Source: an uncultured Nitrospiraceae bacterium | Lineage (GTDB): Bacteria; Nitrospirota; Thermodesulfovibrionia; Thermodesulfovibrionales; Dissulfurispiraceae | DNA length: 64,000 nucleotides | Reading direction: 5' to 3' | Assembly (NCBI GenBank): GCA_963705105.1 | Contig: CAVPIW010000006.1 | Span: 1,024,001 to 1,088,000, forward strand | Shown: positions 30,421-39,596 of the stretch, piece by piece | Layout of the letters: every line of letters starts with the position of its first letter | Position numbering within the stretch: position 1 is the stretch's first letter | The notes under the pieces: generated by a model | Databases searched by the model: none | What the model was told of the DNA's origin: nothing | What the model saw: the letters and a program-made list of their open reading frames with translations, nothing else | Program-made: the position numbers and the translations under genes

Positions 30421-32049
30421 TCAGGGGATCGGCTGCCCGGCCGCCGGTTCCTCAGTCGGCGGGAATGCCGTCGTCGTTGTCCTGAAGGAGTTGTAAAACA
30501 TCTCCTGCTTCTCCGTCCACCGGACGGGGAAGACGATGGTGAAGGTCGTTCCCTTGCCGATTTCGCTTGCCACCTTGATCTCCCCGAGGTGCTCCGATAC
30601 GATCTGCTTGACCAGGGACAGGCCCATGCCGAACTTAAGGGCCTTGGTACTGAAGAAGGGATCGAACATCTTGTCCTTCACGTCCTTCGAGATGCCGTGG
30701 CCTGTATCGGAGATGGCAAGGGAGACGACGTCACCGTTTCCGGATGTGGCTATGGTGACCGTCCCGCCCTTGCCCGTCGCCTCGATGGCGTTCCTGGCAA
30801 CGTGAAAGATGGCGGCACGGAGGTGATTTTTCTGGGTATTGATCTTGAGGGGTTTGTCCGGGAGGTCGAGGACGAGATTCAGGTCCCTGTCCACTGCCTC
30901 CTTCTCTATGACCTTGCTGACATCCCGCACGATATCGCTGATGTCCTCGAAACGGAACATGCTCTGCCTCGACTTGAGAAAACCCTCGAAATCACCGACG
31001 ATCGTCTCGAGCTTCTGGCATTCATCCATAATGTCATGGATGTTTTCGCCCAGTTTTTCCGAAAGTTTTTCCTTCGCCAGTATCCTCTTGCAGGTGCAGC
31101 CGATGATCGCCGCGGGGTTCCTCACCTTGTCCGCCACGGTCAGGCCCATGAGCGCCATGGTCCTCTCGGCGACAAGGTTTTCCAGTTCCTGGTTCAGCTC
31201 CGTCAGGTCAATGTTGATCAGCTCGATCTCCTTCTTGTCCTCCAGCATCTTGAGATAGACGCGGTAGATCCAGATGAAGAAGAGGTTCACCGATCCGACG
31301 ATGATGAAGGTGAAGCTGTTGATGCTCCCGCTGTAAGGGTTCATGTAGGCCCAGATCGCATCATTGCCCGTCGCGGCCAGGATGTGCCTGAGGAAATGGC
31401 CGAAGGACCGGGAGACCGAGTAGAGGAGATAGGACGAGGAAAGCCACACGAAATAATTCCAGAGCACGTTGTCCGGCTCCTTCCGGTGGAGCTTCAGGCT
31501 GACGGACAGGCACATGACAGACAGAACAATGAAGACAGCGGCGCCTCCCATATCGACGAAATAGATGGGCAGGAGCGGCAGGATGACGGCGGCGTTCGTC
31601 GATGCCTGCTCCTCCTGTGCCAGGTGTTCGCGGAGCCCCAGGTAAAAGAGGCACATGGCCCCGTTGATGACGAGGAAATCGAAACGCGCGATATAGAAGA
31701 ACAGCTCCTTTCCCTCCAGCTGAATGCCCTGCCGGAAATAATCCCAGCCCGCCTTTCCGCCGATGAACTGCGACGGCTCTATCCAGAGCTCGGCGAACCG
31801 CCCCGCCGAGACGAGAACGTCCCAGACGGCGAAGAGGAGAACGGAATAGTACATGTATCTCCACCCCGCTTTCTGCTGAAGACGGTTCCGGACGATCGCC
31901 CAGAGGACGACGATACAGGAGACGAGATAGAAAACGCGGCCGATGTGGTGCAGGTAAATGCCCGAGTATTCATGGGGCTGGAAGGCGAGCGCCTGCCCGG
32001 GTATGAGAAGGATGAGAGCAGCTGTGAAAAACGACAGGGTGGTTGTCAT
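30421..32049 (-). CDS. Multi-TM membrane sensor with atypical HisKA-like/HATPase
   Basis: Signal-like N-terminus, about 7-8 TM helices, TVADKVRNPA, DTGHGI, FDPFFSTK. Confidence 0.85.
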   Translation of the reverse strand: MTTTLSFFTAALILLIPGQALAFQPHEYSGIYLHHIGRVFYLVSCIVVLWAIVRNRLQQKAGWRYMYYSVLLFAVWDVLVSAGRFAELWIEPSQFIGGKAGWDYFRQGIQLEGKELFFYIARFDFLVINGAMCLFYLGLREHLAQEEQASTNAAVILPLLPIYFVDMGGAAVFIVLSVMCLSVSLKLHRKEPDNVLWNYFVWLSSSYLLYSVSRSFGHFLRHILAATGNDAIWAYMNPYSGSINSFTFIIVGSVNLFFIWIYRVYLKMLEDKKEIELINIDLTELNQELENLVAERTMALMGLTVADKVRNPAAIIGCTCKRILAKEKLSEKLGENIHDIMDECQKLETIVGDFEGFLKSRQSMFRFEDISDIVRDVSKVIEKEAVDRDLNLVLDLPDKPLKINTQKNHLRAAIFHVARNAIEATGKGGTVTIATSGNGDVVSLAISDTGHGISKDVKDKMFDPFFSTKALKFGMGLSLVKQIVSEHLGEIKVASEIGKGTTFTIVFPVRWTEKQEMFYNSFRTTTTAFPPTEEPAAGQPIP

Positions 32050-32807
32050 GTCAGCGAGTTTTTTTGCATTCTTTTCTCTTTTTTCTTTCTGTAGTCTCTA
32101 ATATGCCATAATCTGAACCATCGTTCAAGTTTATCCCGGTAAGCCATGGCGATGAGCACGACGACAACGGAGACGCCGACGAGGATGGAAAAGCGGCCGT
32201 ACTGGTGATGCCTGATGAAATCGCCGCCGAGGGTCAGGAGCACCGTCCCGAAAAGCCTGCCTGTGCCGCCGATGACGAGGAACTCCATCGTCGAGAGGTG
32301 GCCGAGGCCGAGGATATAGCAGAGATAATCCTTGGGAAAGCCGGGAATGAGAAAGAGGAGGAAGACGAGGACCGCCCCTTTGTGATGGAGGAGATAGTCG
32401 AACCGTCCCATCGTCTTCATGTCGACGAACCGCTCCACGAAGGGCCGGCCGAAGGTCCTCGCAAGCGTAAAGGCGACGAAGGAGCCGAGGGTCAAACCTA
32501 TGGTGGAAAGGACGACGCCGAGGACGGGCCCGTAGAGGATGCCGCCGAGCAGGCCAGTCACCTCTCCCGGGATCGGGGCGGCCACCACCTGCGCAGTCTG
32601 CAGGAGGATAAAGGCGATGAACGAGGCGGGACCGAGGGAATTGATGAATGCCGTGAGGCGGTGCTTGTCGAGGAAGAAATGGATGAGGCCCGTCTCATAG
32701 AAGAGAAGCGTGATGCCGCCGATGATGCACAGGAAGACCGCCAGCCTTATCCAGATATGCTTCTTCCCGCCCGGATCCTCCTGAATCTCTTCTTCCCCTG
32801 CAGGCAA
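32046..32807 (-). CDS. TVP38/TMEM64 (DedA/VTT) membrane protein
   Basis: QVVAAPIPGE, FLIPGFPKDYLCY. Confidence 0.88.
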   Translation of the reverse strand: MPAGEEEIQEDPGGKKHIWIRLAVFLCIIGGITLLFYETGLIHFFLDKHRLTAFINSLGPASFIAFILLQTAQVVAAPIPGEVTGLLGGILYGPVLGVVLSTIGLTLGSFVAFTLARTFGRPFVERFVDMKTMGRFDYLLHHKGAVLVFLLFLIPGFPKDYLCYILGLGHLSTMEFLVIGGTGRLFGTVLLTLGGDFIRHHQYGRFSILVGVSVVVVLIAMAYRDKLERWFRLWHIRDYRKKKEKRMQKNSLT

Positions 32808-32812
32808 AGCGC

Positions 32813-33595
32813 TTATCCCTTTCCGGACCCGCCGCTCCCTTTCATATGTTCGATGAACGGTTTCAGGATGTCGATCGGCACCGGAAAGACGATGGTCGAG
32901 TTCTTCTCCGTGGCGATCTCGGTGAGTGTCTGGAGAAACCTGAGCTGGAGTGTGACCGGCTCGGTCGCGATGATCTGGGCCGCTTCGAGGAGCTTCTGCG
33001 ACGCCTGGAACTCGCCCTCGGCATGGATGATCTTCGCCCTCCGCTCCCGTTCGGCCTCGGCCTGACGCGCGATCGCCCGCAGCATCTCAGGCGGCAGGTC
33101 GACGTTCTTGACCTCAACGGCCGTCACCTTCACCCCCCACGGTTCGGTCTGCGTGTCGATGACCCGCTGCAGCTCGGCATTCAGCTCTTCGCGGTTCGTC
33201 AGGAGCTCGTCGAGCTGGCTCTGACCGAGGATGCTTCTGAGCGTCGTCTGGGCGATCTGGGAGGTGGCGAAAAAGTAATCCTCCACCTCGGTGATGGCTT
33301 TAATCGGCTCGATCGGCCTGAAATAGATGACGGCGTTGACCTTGACCGTGATATTGTCCCTGGTGATGATGTCCTGGGGTGGGACGTCCATCGTCACCGT
33401 TCTTAAGCTGACCTTGACCAGCTTGTCGATGATCGGCCAGATGATCACGAGACCCGGCCCCTTCACGGGGATGACCCGGCCGAGCCTGAAGACGACGCCG
33501 CGCTCGTATTCCTTGAGGATCTTGATCGCGCTGGACAGAAAATAGAGGACGAGAAAAACGACAAAAACGAAACTAAACAGTGACGTCGGCCACAT
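32813..33595 (-). CDS. Slipin/stomatin SPFH protein
   Basis: [37 protein letters not shown]. Confidence 0.93.
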   Translation of the reverse strand: MWPTSLFSFVFVVFLVLYFLSSAIKILKEYERGVVFRLGRVIPVKGPGLVIIWPIIDKLVKVSLRTVTMDVPPQDIITRDNITVKVNAVIYFRPIEPIKAITEVEDYFFATSQIAQTTLRSILGQSQLDELLTNREELNAELQRVIDTQTEPWGVKVTAVEVKNVDLPPEMLRAIARQAEAERERRAKIIHAEGEFQASQKLLEAAQIIATEPVTLQLRFLQTLTEIATEKNSTIVFPVPIDILKPFIEHMKGSGGSGKG

Positions 33596-33841
33596 ATACG
33601 CTTCCTTTCCTTGAACTATCGGTCTCTGACTCCCGTCGTGTCCGTGCCATGTCAGCCTTCACACAACGCATGACCGGGAATCGTTTATGCCCACTTCCAT
33701 GTACGCAGATTCGGGACCATCGGAGGGTTTGCATCTCAGTCCATTATACCTTATATGGCGTCCGTTTTTCTCTTTGACACCGACCACATAGAGTCAGGAA
33801 GCCGGCTATACTATAAAGGTCATAGATAGTCCTCACAATCT

Positions 33842-33886
33842 GTCATTCCCGCAACCCCGTACTTGATGCGGGGGCGTCGGGAATCC
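33842..33886. repeat. GTCATTCCC...GGGAATCC palindromic REP-like element
   Basis: Near-identical copy at 51134-51176; half copy at 6670-6680. Confidence 0.8.
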
Positions 33887-34096
33887 TTCCGAAACAGGCT
33901 TCACCTCACAGTTGCACCGCCGCCCTGCCCAGATTCGTTTGGTTCTGCAATATACAGCCACTGACGCGTCCTCCGGCATCTCTGGAAAACCTCTTTGATA
34001 AATGATAGTATACATCAGCAGTCGGTGTTGCAGTTCGTGCACATTGACAAAGACGGGCTATGGCCTGAAACAAACCCTTTTCCCGAGGAGGCAGCC

Positions 34097-36277
34097 GTGT
34101 CTAATAGGACGTTTTCCTTTCTCTTCATCTCAGCGCTTGTCCTGGTTTCGCTCTTGCCTTGCCTGTCAAGCGCCGACCCGCTTGACACCTGGCACTGGAG
34201 GAACCCTCTGCCCCAGGGGAACGGCCTCAGGGGGGCAACCTTCGGGAACGGAACCTTTGTTGCCGTGGGAAGATCCGGCACAATCGTCACCTCTCCTGAT
34301 GGCGTGACATGGACATCGAGGAACTCAGGGACTACGAATGGTCTCTTTGACGTGACCTTCGGGAACGGGATCTTTGTTGCCGTGGGGTATCCTGGCACAA
34401 TCATCACCTCTCCCGACGGCGTGACATGGACATCGAGGAGTTCAGGGACTGGCCATTCTCTCACCGGGGTAACCTTTGGCAACGGGACCTTTGTTGCCGT
34501 GGGGTATGCCACCACAATTGTCACTTCTCCCGATGGGGTGACATGGACCTCGAGGCACCTAGAGAGTGACTATGATCTCCTCGGGGTAGCCTTTGGCAAC
34601 GGGACCTTTGTTGCCGTGGGGGGGAGTTGGGGTTCAGATACCTTTTTTTCCTATGCGAAATTGGGCTTAATTGAGACTTCTCCTGATGGGGTGACATGGA
34701 CCTCGGGGAACTCAGGGACTGCCCGTCCTTTCGCCGGGGTAGCCTTTGGCAACGGGATCTTTGTTACCGTGGGTATTTATTCGGGCACAATCCTCACCTC
34801 TCCTGACGGGGTGACATGGACCCCGGGGAGCTCAGGGATTGCCAATCCTCCCGATCTCTCAGGGGTAGCCTTTGGCAACGGAACCTTTGTTGCCGTGGGG
34901 AATGGAAGCACAATTGTCACTTCTCCTGACGGCGTGACATGGACATCGAGGAGTTCAGGGACTGGCGAATTTCCCAGAGGGGTAACCTTTGGCAACGGGA
35001 TCTTTGTTGCCGTGGGGTATCCTGGCACAATCATCACCTCTCCCGACGGCGTGACATGGACCTCGAGGGTCTCATCAGTAACTGCCCGTCATAGTCTCAC
35101 AGGGGTAACCTTTGGCAACGGGATCTTTGTTGCCGTGGTGTATCCTGGCACAATTGTCACCTCTCCCGACGGCGTGACATGGACCTCGAGGGTCTCATCA
35201 GTAACTGCCCTTCATAGTCTCGCAGGGGTAACCTTTGGCAACGGGATCTTTGTTGCCGTGGGGTGGCCTGGCACAATCATCACCTCTCCCGACGGCGTGA
35301 CATGGACCTCGAGGAGTTCAGGGACTGGCCATTCTCTCACCGGGGTAACCTTTGGCAACGGGACCTTTGTCGCCGTGGGAGGATCCGGCACAATCGTCAC
35401 CTCTCCCGACGGCGTGACATGGACATCGAGGACCTCAGGGCCTGGCCAATTATTTGGTCACAATGGGGTAACCTTTGGCAGCGGGAGCTTTGTCGCCGTG
35501 GGGAATGCCGGCACAATCCTCACCTCTCCCGACGGCGTGACATGGACATCGAGGACCTCAGGGCCTGGCCAATTTCTTGGTCTCAATGGGGTAACCTTTG
35601 GCAGCGGGAGCTTTGTCGCCGTGGGGAATGCCGGCACAATCCTCACCTCTCCCGACGGCGTGACATGGACATCGAGGAGTTCAGGGACTGGCCAATTTCT
35701 CAATGGGGTAACCTTTGGCAACGGGACCTTTGTTGCCGTGGGCAGTTTTAGCGGAATCCTCACTTCTCCCGACGGCGTGACATGGACCTCGAGGAGTTCA
35801 GCAGGGACTGGCGAATTTCTCAATGGGGTAACCTTTGGGAACGGGACCTTTGTCGCCGTGGGGAGTGGTGGCGCGATTCTTCAATCAGATCCTGCACCCG
35901 CAACCCCGGCGGTGAGGGTGAACAACGCTTCTCAGCAGATCACCCTGAGATCGAATGAGGCGCTCTCGGTGACTGTGAGCTTCGACGCAGGAGGGATGTC
36001 CGGAATACATGCTGACTGGTGGGTTGTGGCGTATGCGCCTTATGGCTGGTCCTACTATGTGCATCCCGGCATGTGGTTCTATGCCCCTTCGCCGGAGTCA
36101 CTTCGCCCTGCCGCTCAGGGACCTCTCTTCAGCTTTTCCCCGATCGAGGTGCTCAATATGACAGGGCTCCACGCAGGGACATATTTCGTCTATTTCGGTG
36201 TCGACACAAACGCCAACGGTGTCATTGATTTCGACCAACTGATCCTTGACTCCACGACGATCGACATCGTGCCGTAG
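34097..36277 (+). CDS. Secreted BNR/WD40-like beta-propeller repeat protein (14 blades plus C-terminal beta domain)
   Basis: GTG at 34097 after SD GAGGAG; signal peptide; 13 TSPDGVTW and 14 FG[N/S]G.FV.V units. Confidence 0.85.
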   Translation: MSNRTFSFLFISALVLVSLLPCLSSADPLDTWHWRNPLPQGNGLRGATFGNGTFVAVGRSGTIVTSPDGVTWTSRNSGTTNGLFDVTFGNGIFVAVGYPGTIITSPDGVTWTSRSSGTGHSLTGVTFGNGTFVAVGYATTIVTSPDGVTWTSRHLESDYDLLGVAFGNGTFVAVGGSWGSDTFFSYAKLGLIETSPDGVTWTSGNSGTARPFAGVAFGNGIFVTVGIYSGTILTSPDGVTWTPGSSGIANPPDLSGVAFGNGTFVAVGNGSTIVTSPDGVTWTSRSSGTGEFPRGVTFGNGIFVAVGYPGTIITSPDGVTWTSRVSSVTARHSLTGVTFGNGIFVAVVYPGTIVTSPDGVTWTSRVSSVTALHSLAGVTFGNGIFVAVGWPGTIITSPDGVTWTSRSSGTGHSLTGVTFGNGTFVAVGGSGTIVTSPDGVTWTSRTSGPGQLFGHNGVTFGSGSFVAVGNAGTILTSPDGVTWTSRTSGPGQFLGLNGVTFGSGSFVAVGNAGTILTSPDGVTWTSRSSGTGQFLNGVTFGNGTFVAVGSFSGILTSPDGVTWTSRSSAGTGEFLNGVTFGNGTFVAVGSGGAILQSDPAPATPAVRVNNASQQITLRSNEALSVTVSFDAGGMSGIHADWWVVAYAPYGWSYYVHPGMWFYAPSPESLRPAAQGPLFSFSPIEVLNMTGLHAGTYFVYFGVDTNANGVIDFDQLILDSTTIDIVP

Positions 36278-36310
36278 TCATCGGACGTTCTTTTTTACAG
36301 AGAGCAAACC

Positions 36311-36345
36311 GGGGCATTGGGCCGGAACGTGCCGGACAATGCCCC
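36311..36345. terminator. Hairpin downstream of the propeller gene
   Basis: ggggcattg...caatgcccc. Confidence 0.5.
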
Positions 36346-36346
36346 A

Positions 36347-36571
36347 GCAGGGGTAAATTTCGAGCAGGTAGTTATCCTGATGGAACGAGGAGATGTCCTC
36401 GAAACAATTGAACACCCAAATCAAAAAAGATATCCTGGTCAGAAAATCGCAACATTCTGGATTGATGATTATGCTTATCTCGTTCCGTATGTTCAGGAAA
36501 GCGACGAAATATTCTTAACGACCATTATCCCGAGCCGAAAAGCAACGAACAAGTATATGAGGTCACAATAA
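36347..36571 (+). pseudogene. BrnT-like toxin, apparently 5'-truncated
   Basis: GVNFEQVV...EHPNQKRYPGQ...YAYLVPYV...TIIPSRKAT; the typical N-terminal segment is replaced by hairpin sequence. Confidence 0.7.
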
Positions 36572-36855
36572 TGAAAAAAACAGTATTGGATGAAGAAGAA
36601 AAAGATATTTTAGAGTCTTACGAACGTGGTGAATGGAAACCTGTCAATAATCCGAAGGCAGAAATTAAGAAACTGCAGGAATACGCAAGAAATACGCTAC
36701 AAAAAGACAAGAGGATAAATATCAGGATGTCATCAAAAGACTTGAACCAAGTTCAAGTCATCGCCGCACAGGAAGGAATCCCGTATCAAACCCTGATATC
36801 CAGCATCATTCACAAGTACGTTTCGGGCTATTTAACGGAGAAAAAGAGGGCTTAA
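36571..36855 (+). CDS. Antitoxin (CopG/BrnA-like RHH)
   Basis: LDEEEKDILESYERGEW...KDKRINIRMS...GIPYQTLISSIIHKY. Confidence 0.85.
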   Translation: MKKTVLDEEEKDILESYERGEWKPVNNPKAEIKKLQEYARNTLQKDKRINIRMSSKDLNQVQVIAAQEGIPYQTLISSIIHKYVSGYLTEKKRA

Positions 36856-36925
36856 TCGGGTAAGAAGCGGTGATTGGCCGTCCCTCCCCGCACCACCCAT
36901 CATGCGGGTCCGCAGTAGGCGGTTC
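36855..36925 (-). ncRNA. Group IIC intron 3' remnant (domains V-VI)
   Basis: Minus strand GAACCGCCTACTGCGGACCCGCATGATGGGTGGTGCGGGGAGGG...CTTACCCGAT; CGC triad, bulged A, AY end. Confidence 0.8.
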
Positions 36926-37247
36926 GCGGAAATCATCGGGAGCCCGGCAACGGAATTGAGACAAATCGAATACGTCACCCATGATCCTCACGGCCCGGAC
37001 GAGTCAAGAACGGCCGACCTCCCTATTTTTCTTCTCGATGTTTCCTATCTGTTCTGCAATGGGGTCATCCCCCTATCTCCGTCATCAATAACGTGCTGAA
37101 AACCGGCGGGGCGAAGATGCAAGGGTTGGAAAAAACCGCGGCTTGATATCGCCGTGCACAATTTCCGAAGGAAATCGGAAAGCGCGAGGGCAGATATATC
37201 TCCTGATAGGCGATAATAGGTGTCACCAATGTGACAGGAGGCGGTTC

Positions 37248-38018
37248 ATGAACATCATCTTTCATGATTCTTACTACCGGGTGTATGACAGGGACCCCGC
37301 GGCGGCGCCGGGGCGCATGGAACCGATAATGCGGGAGCTGAAGAAGCACCCGCACTACACGTTCATCACCCCCGAAGCGGCGACGGAGGAGGACCTCAAG
37401 AGGGCCCACTCGGTCCTCCATATTCAGACGATCCGCCGCTCCCCTCTCATCTACGAGATTGCGGTCCTCGCTGCGGGCGGCGCTATCGAGGCGGCTGAAC
37501 GGGCCTGGGCGGGAGAGCCTTCCTTCGGCTGCATCAGGCCCCCCGGTCATCACGCCTCTTCGGACAGTTGCTGGGGGTTCTGCTTCTTCAACAACATGGC
37601 CGTGTCCCTCCTGAAGCTCAAGGCTGAGGGGAAAATCTCGTCGGCTTTCATACTCGATTTCGATCTCCACTTCGGCGACGGGAATGTGAACATCCTCGAC
37701 GGTGTCAGGAACTTCACAATCCTGAACCCCTCTGCCCGGAACGAGAGGGATTACCTGAGGGAGGTCTCGTCGGTCCTGGACAGTGCCGGCGACTACGACA
37801 TCATCGCGGCCTCGGCGGGCTTCGACGAATATGTCAAGGATTGGGGCGGCAAGCTCTCGACGCAGGCGTACCGGGACATCGGGGCGTTGATGAAGGAGTT
37901 CTCGGAGAAACACTGCCAGGGGAGACGGTATGCGCTCCTCGAAGGAGGGTATCACTACGCGGACCTGGGGCTGAACATCCACGCCTTCTGTGAAGGCTTC
38001 CGCTGCGTCGGAATATAA
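37248..38018 (+). CDS. Histone deacetylase family protein
   Basis: RPPGHHA, GFCFFNN, DFDLHFGDG, SAGFD, LEGGY; ATG after GGAGG. Confidence 0.92.
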   Translation: MNIIFHDSYYRVYDRDPAAAPGRMEPIMRELKKHPHYTFITPEAATEEDLKRAHSVLHIQTIRRSPLIYEIAVLAAGGAIEAAERAWAGEPSFGCIRPPGHHASSDSCWGFCFFNNMAVSLLKLKAEGKISSAFILDFDLHFGDGNVNILDGVRNFTILNPSARNERDYLREVSSVLDSAGDYDIIAASAGFDEYVKDWGGKLSTQAYRDIGALMKEFSEKHCQGRRYALLEGGYHYADLGLNIHAFCEGFRCVGI

Positions 38019-38033
38019 TTTATAGCTTGTTAT

Positions 38034-39596
38034 TCATGAAATGAGGAGCTGGTTCTCCCTCGAGCGCGATTCGCCGAGATTCGTGACATAGATGGCGGGC
38101 TGCCCGAGGACGGGGCACTTCGTTTCGCAGATGCCGCAGCCGATGCAGAGTTCAAGATCGACCCGCGGCTGCTGCAGCGCCACCTCCCTGCCCTCCCTGT
38201 CCTTCACCCGCACTTCATCGAACCAGATCGCCTTTTTCGGCGTCGGGCAGACCTCCTCGCAAACGATGCAGGGAATCCCGTGGGCATGGGGCAGGCATCT
38301 GCCCTTGTCGATCATGGCGAGCCCGACTTTAACCTTCACCTTCTCATCAAGGGGCAGTTGCCTGATCGCCCCTGTCGGGCAGACCTGTCCACAGAGCGTG
38401 CACCGGTACTCGCAGTAACCTATCCGGGGGATGAGGACGGGGGACCAGATGCCTTCCAGGCCCGCCTCCAGGAGCGTGGGCTGGAGGCCGTTCGTCGTGC
38501 AGACCTTCATGCATTCGCCGCACTTGACGCAGCGTTTCAGGAAATCTTTTTCATCGAGCGAACCGGGAGGGCGGATCAGCTTCGGGTTGCTGTACGCCGG
38601 CATGGTGAGAGGCGTCGTCCTGATGAGCGGCACCGCGAAAGCGCCGGACAGGAACGACGTGATCACCCTCCTCCTGCCGAGGTCCATCCCTGCCCTGCCG
38701 CTGCCCCTGCCGAAGCCGAAGCGGACGGCATTGTGAGGACAGATATCGTCGCAGTTCCAGCACATGACGCATTCCGTGCCCTTCCATCCCTCGCGCTCGT
38801 CGGGCGCCGCATTGCCCTGGCACACCGTCGCGCAGGCACCGCAGGCTGTGCAGCCCTCGGTCACCGACCTCTTCAGGACGGAATAGCGGGAGAGGACACC
38901 AAGAAGAGCGCCGAGGGGGCAGAGAAACTTGCACCAGAACCTCTTCTCCAAAAGATTCAGGCCGATGACGGCAAGGAAGAGGAGACCGATGAAGGTACTC
39001 TGCAGGTAGAAGGGCTGCTGAAAGGAGAGGACGCTCTTTTTCAGCACCCCGTACACTGCCTCGGACACGGCGACGACACCCCCCGGGGCACTCCCGTAGA
39101 TGGTGTCGAAGAAGGACCTCGTCATGTAATTGAAAAGGGGATAGACGCTCACGGAGAAGGAGCGGATGAGCAGAGACAGGGGATCCATAATGCCCACAAG
39201 CTGCATGCCGAAGAGGGACGAAGCGACGAGAAAAACGAGAATGAAATACTTCAACCGGTGCCATGAGGGCTTCATCGTGCCGACGTTCCGCGTCCGGAGG
39301 GCGCCGGCCATTGTGTTCAGCGTCCCCAGGGGGCAGACCCATCCGCAGAAGATGCGGCCCAGGAGGACCGTCAGCACGATCACGATGAGGGAGAGATAAA
39401 ACGCGACGGCAGCCGCATGGGCCGACAGGAGAGTCGTCACAAGGATGAGGGGATCGAAGTCGAGGAAAAGCCGGACGGGATAGCCCAGCTCGTCATTTCC
39501 CTTCGACTCTGTCTGGATGAAGAGGAAAAGAAAGAGGACGAGAAAGAGCCCTTGGGACACCCTGCGGCCCTGCTTCAGAGCAGCCATCTTCTTCAC
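38034..39596 (-). CDS. Membrane polyferredoxin (NapH/MauN-like + NapG/MauM-like 4Fe-4S protein)
   Basis: FCGWVCPLG, WCKFLCPLG, several CxxCxxCxxxCP, IRPPG. Confidence 0.88.
   Translation of the reverse strand: MKKMAALKQGRRVSQGLFLVLFLFLFIQTESKGNDELGYPVRLFLDFDPLILVTTLLSAHAAAVAFYLSLIVIVLTVLLGRIFCGWVCPLGTLNTMAGALRTRNVGTMKPSWHRLKYFILVFLVASSLFGMQLVGIMDPLSLLIRSFSVSVYPLFNYMTRSFFDTIYGSAPGGVVAVSEAVYGVLKKSVLSFQQPFYLQSTFIGLLFLAVIGLNLLEKRFWCKFLCPLGALLGVLSRYSVLKRSVTEGCTACGACATVCQGNAAPDEREGWKGTECVMCWNCDDICPHNAVRFGFGRGSGRAGMDLGRRRVITSFLSGAFAVPLIRTTPLTMPAYSNPKLIRPPGSLDEKDFLKRCVKCGECMKVCTTNGLQPTLLEAGLEGIWSPVLIPRIGYCEYRCTLCGQVCPTGAIRQLPLDEKVKVKVGLAMIDKGRCLPHAHGIPCIVCEEVCPTPKKAIWFDEVRVKDREGREVALQQPRVDLELCIGCGICETKCPVLGQPAIYVTNLGESRSRENQLLIS

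Noticed and set aside
34190..35885. CRISPR array or DGR template/variable repeats
   Set aside because: Repeats are in-frame coding units, differences are not adenine-specific, and no reverse transcriptase is in the window.
36926..37060. C-terminus of the intron-encoded reverse transcriptase
   Set aside because: No frame upstream of DV gave recognisable RT or maturase sequence.
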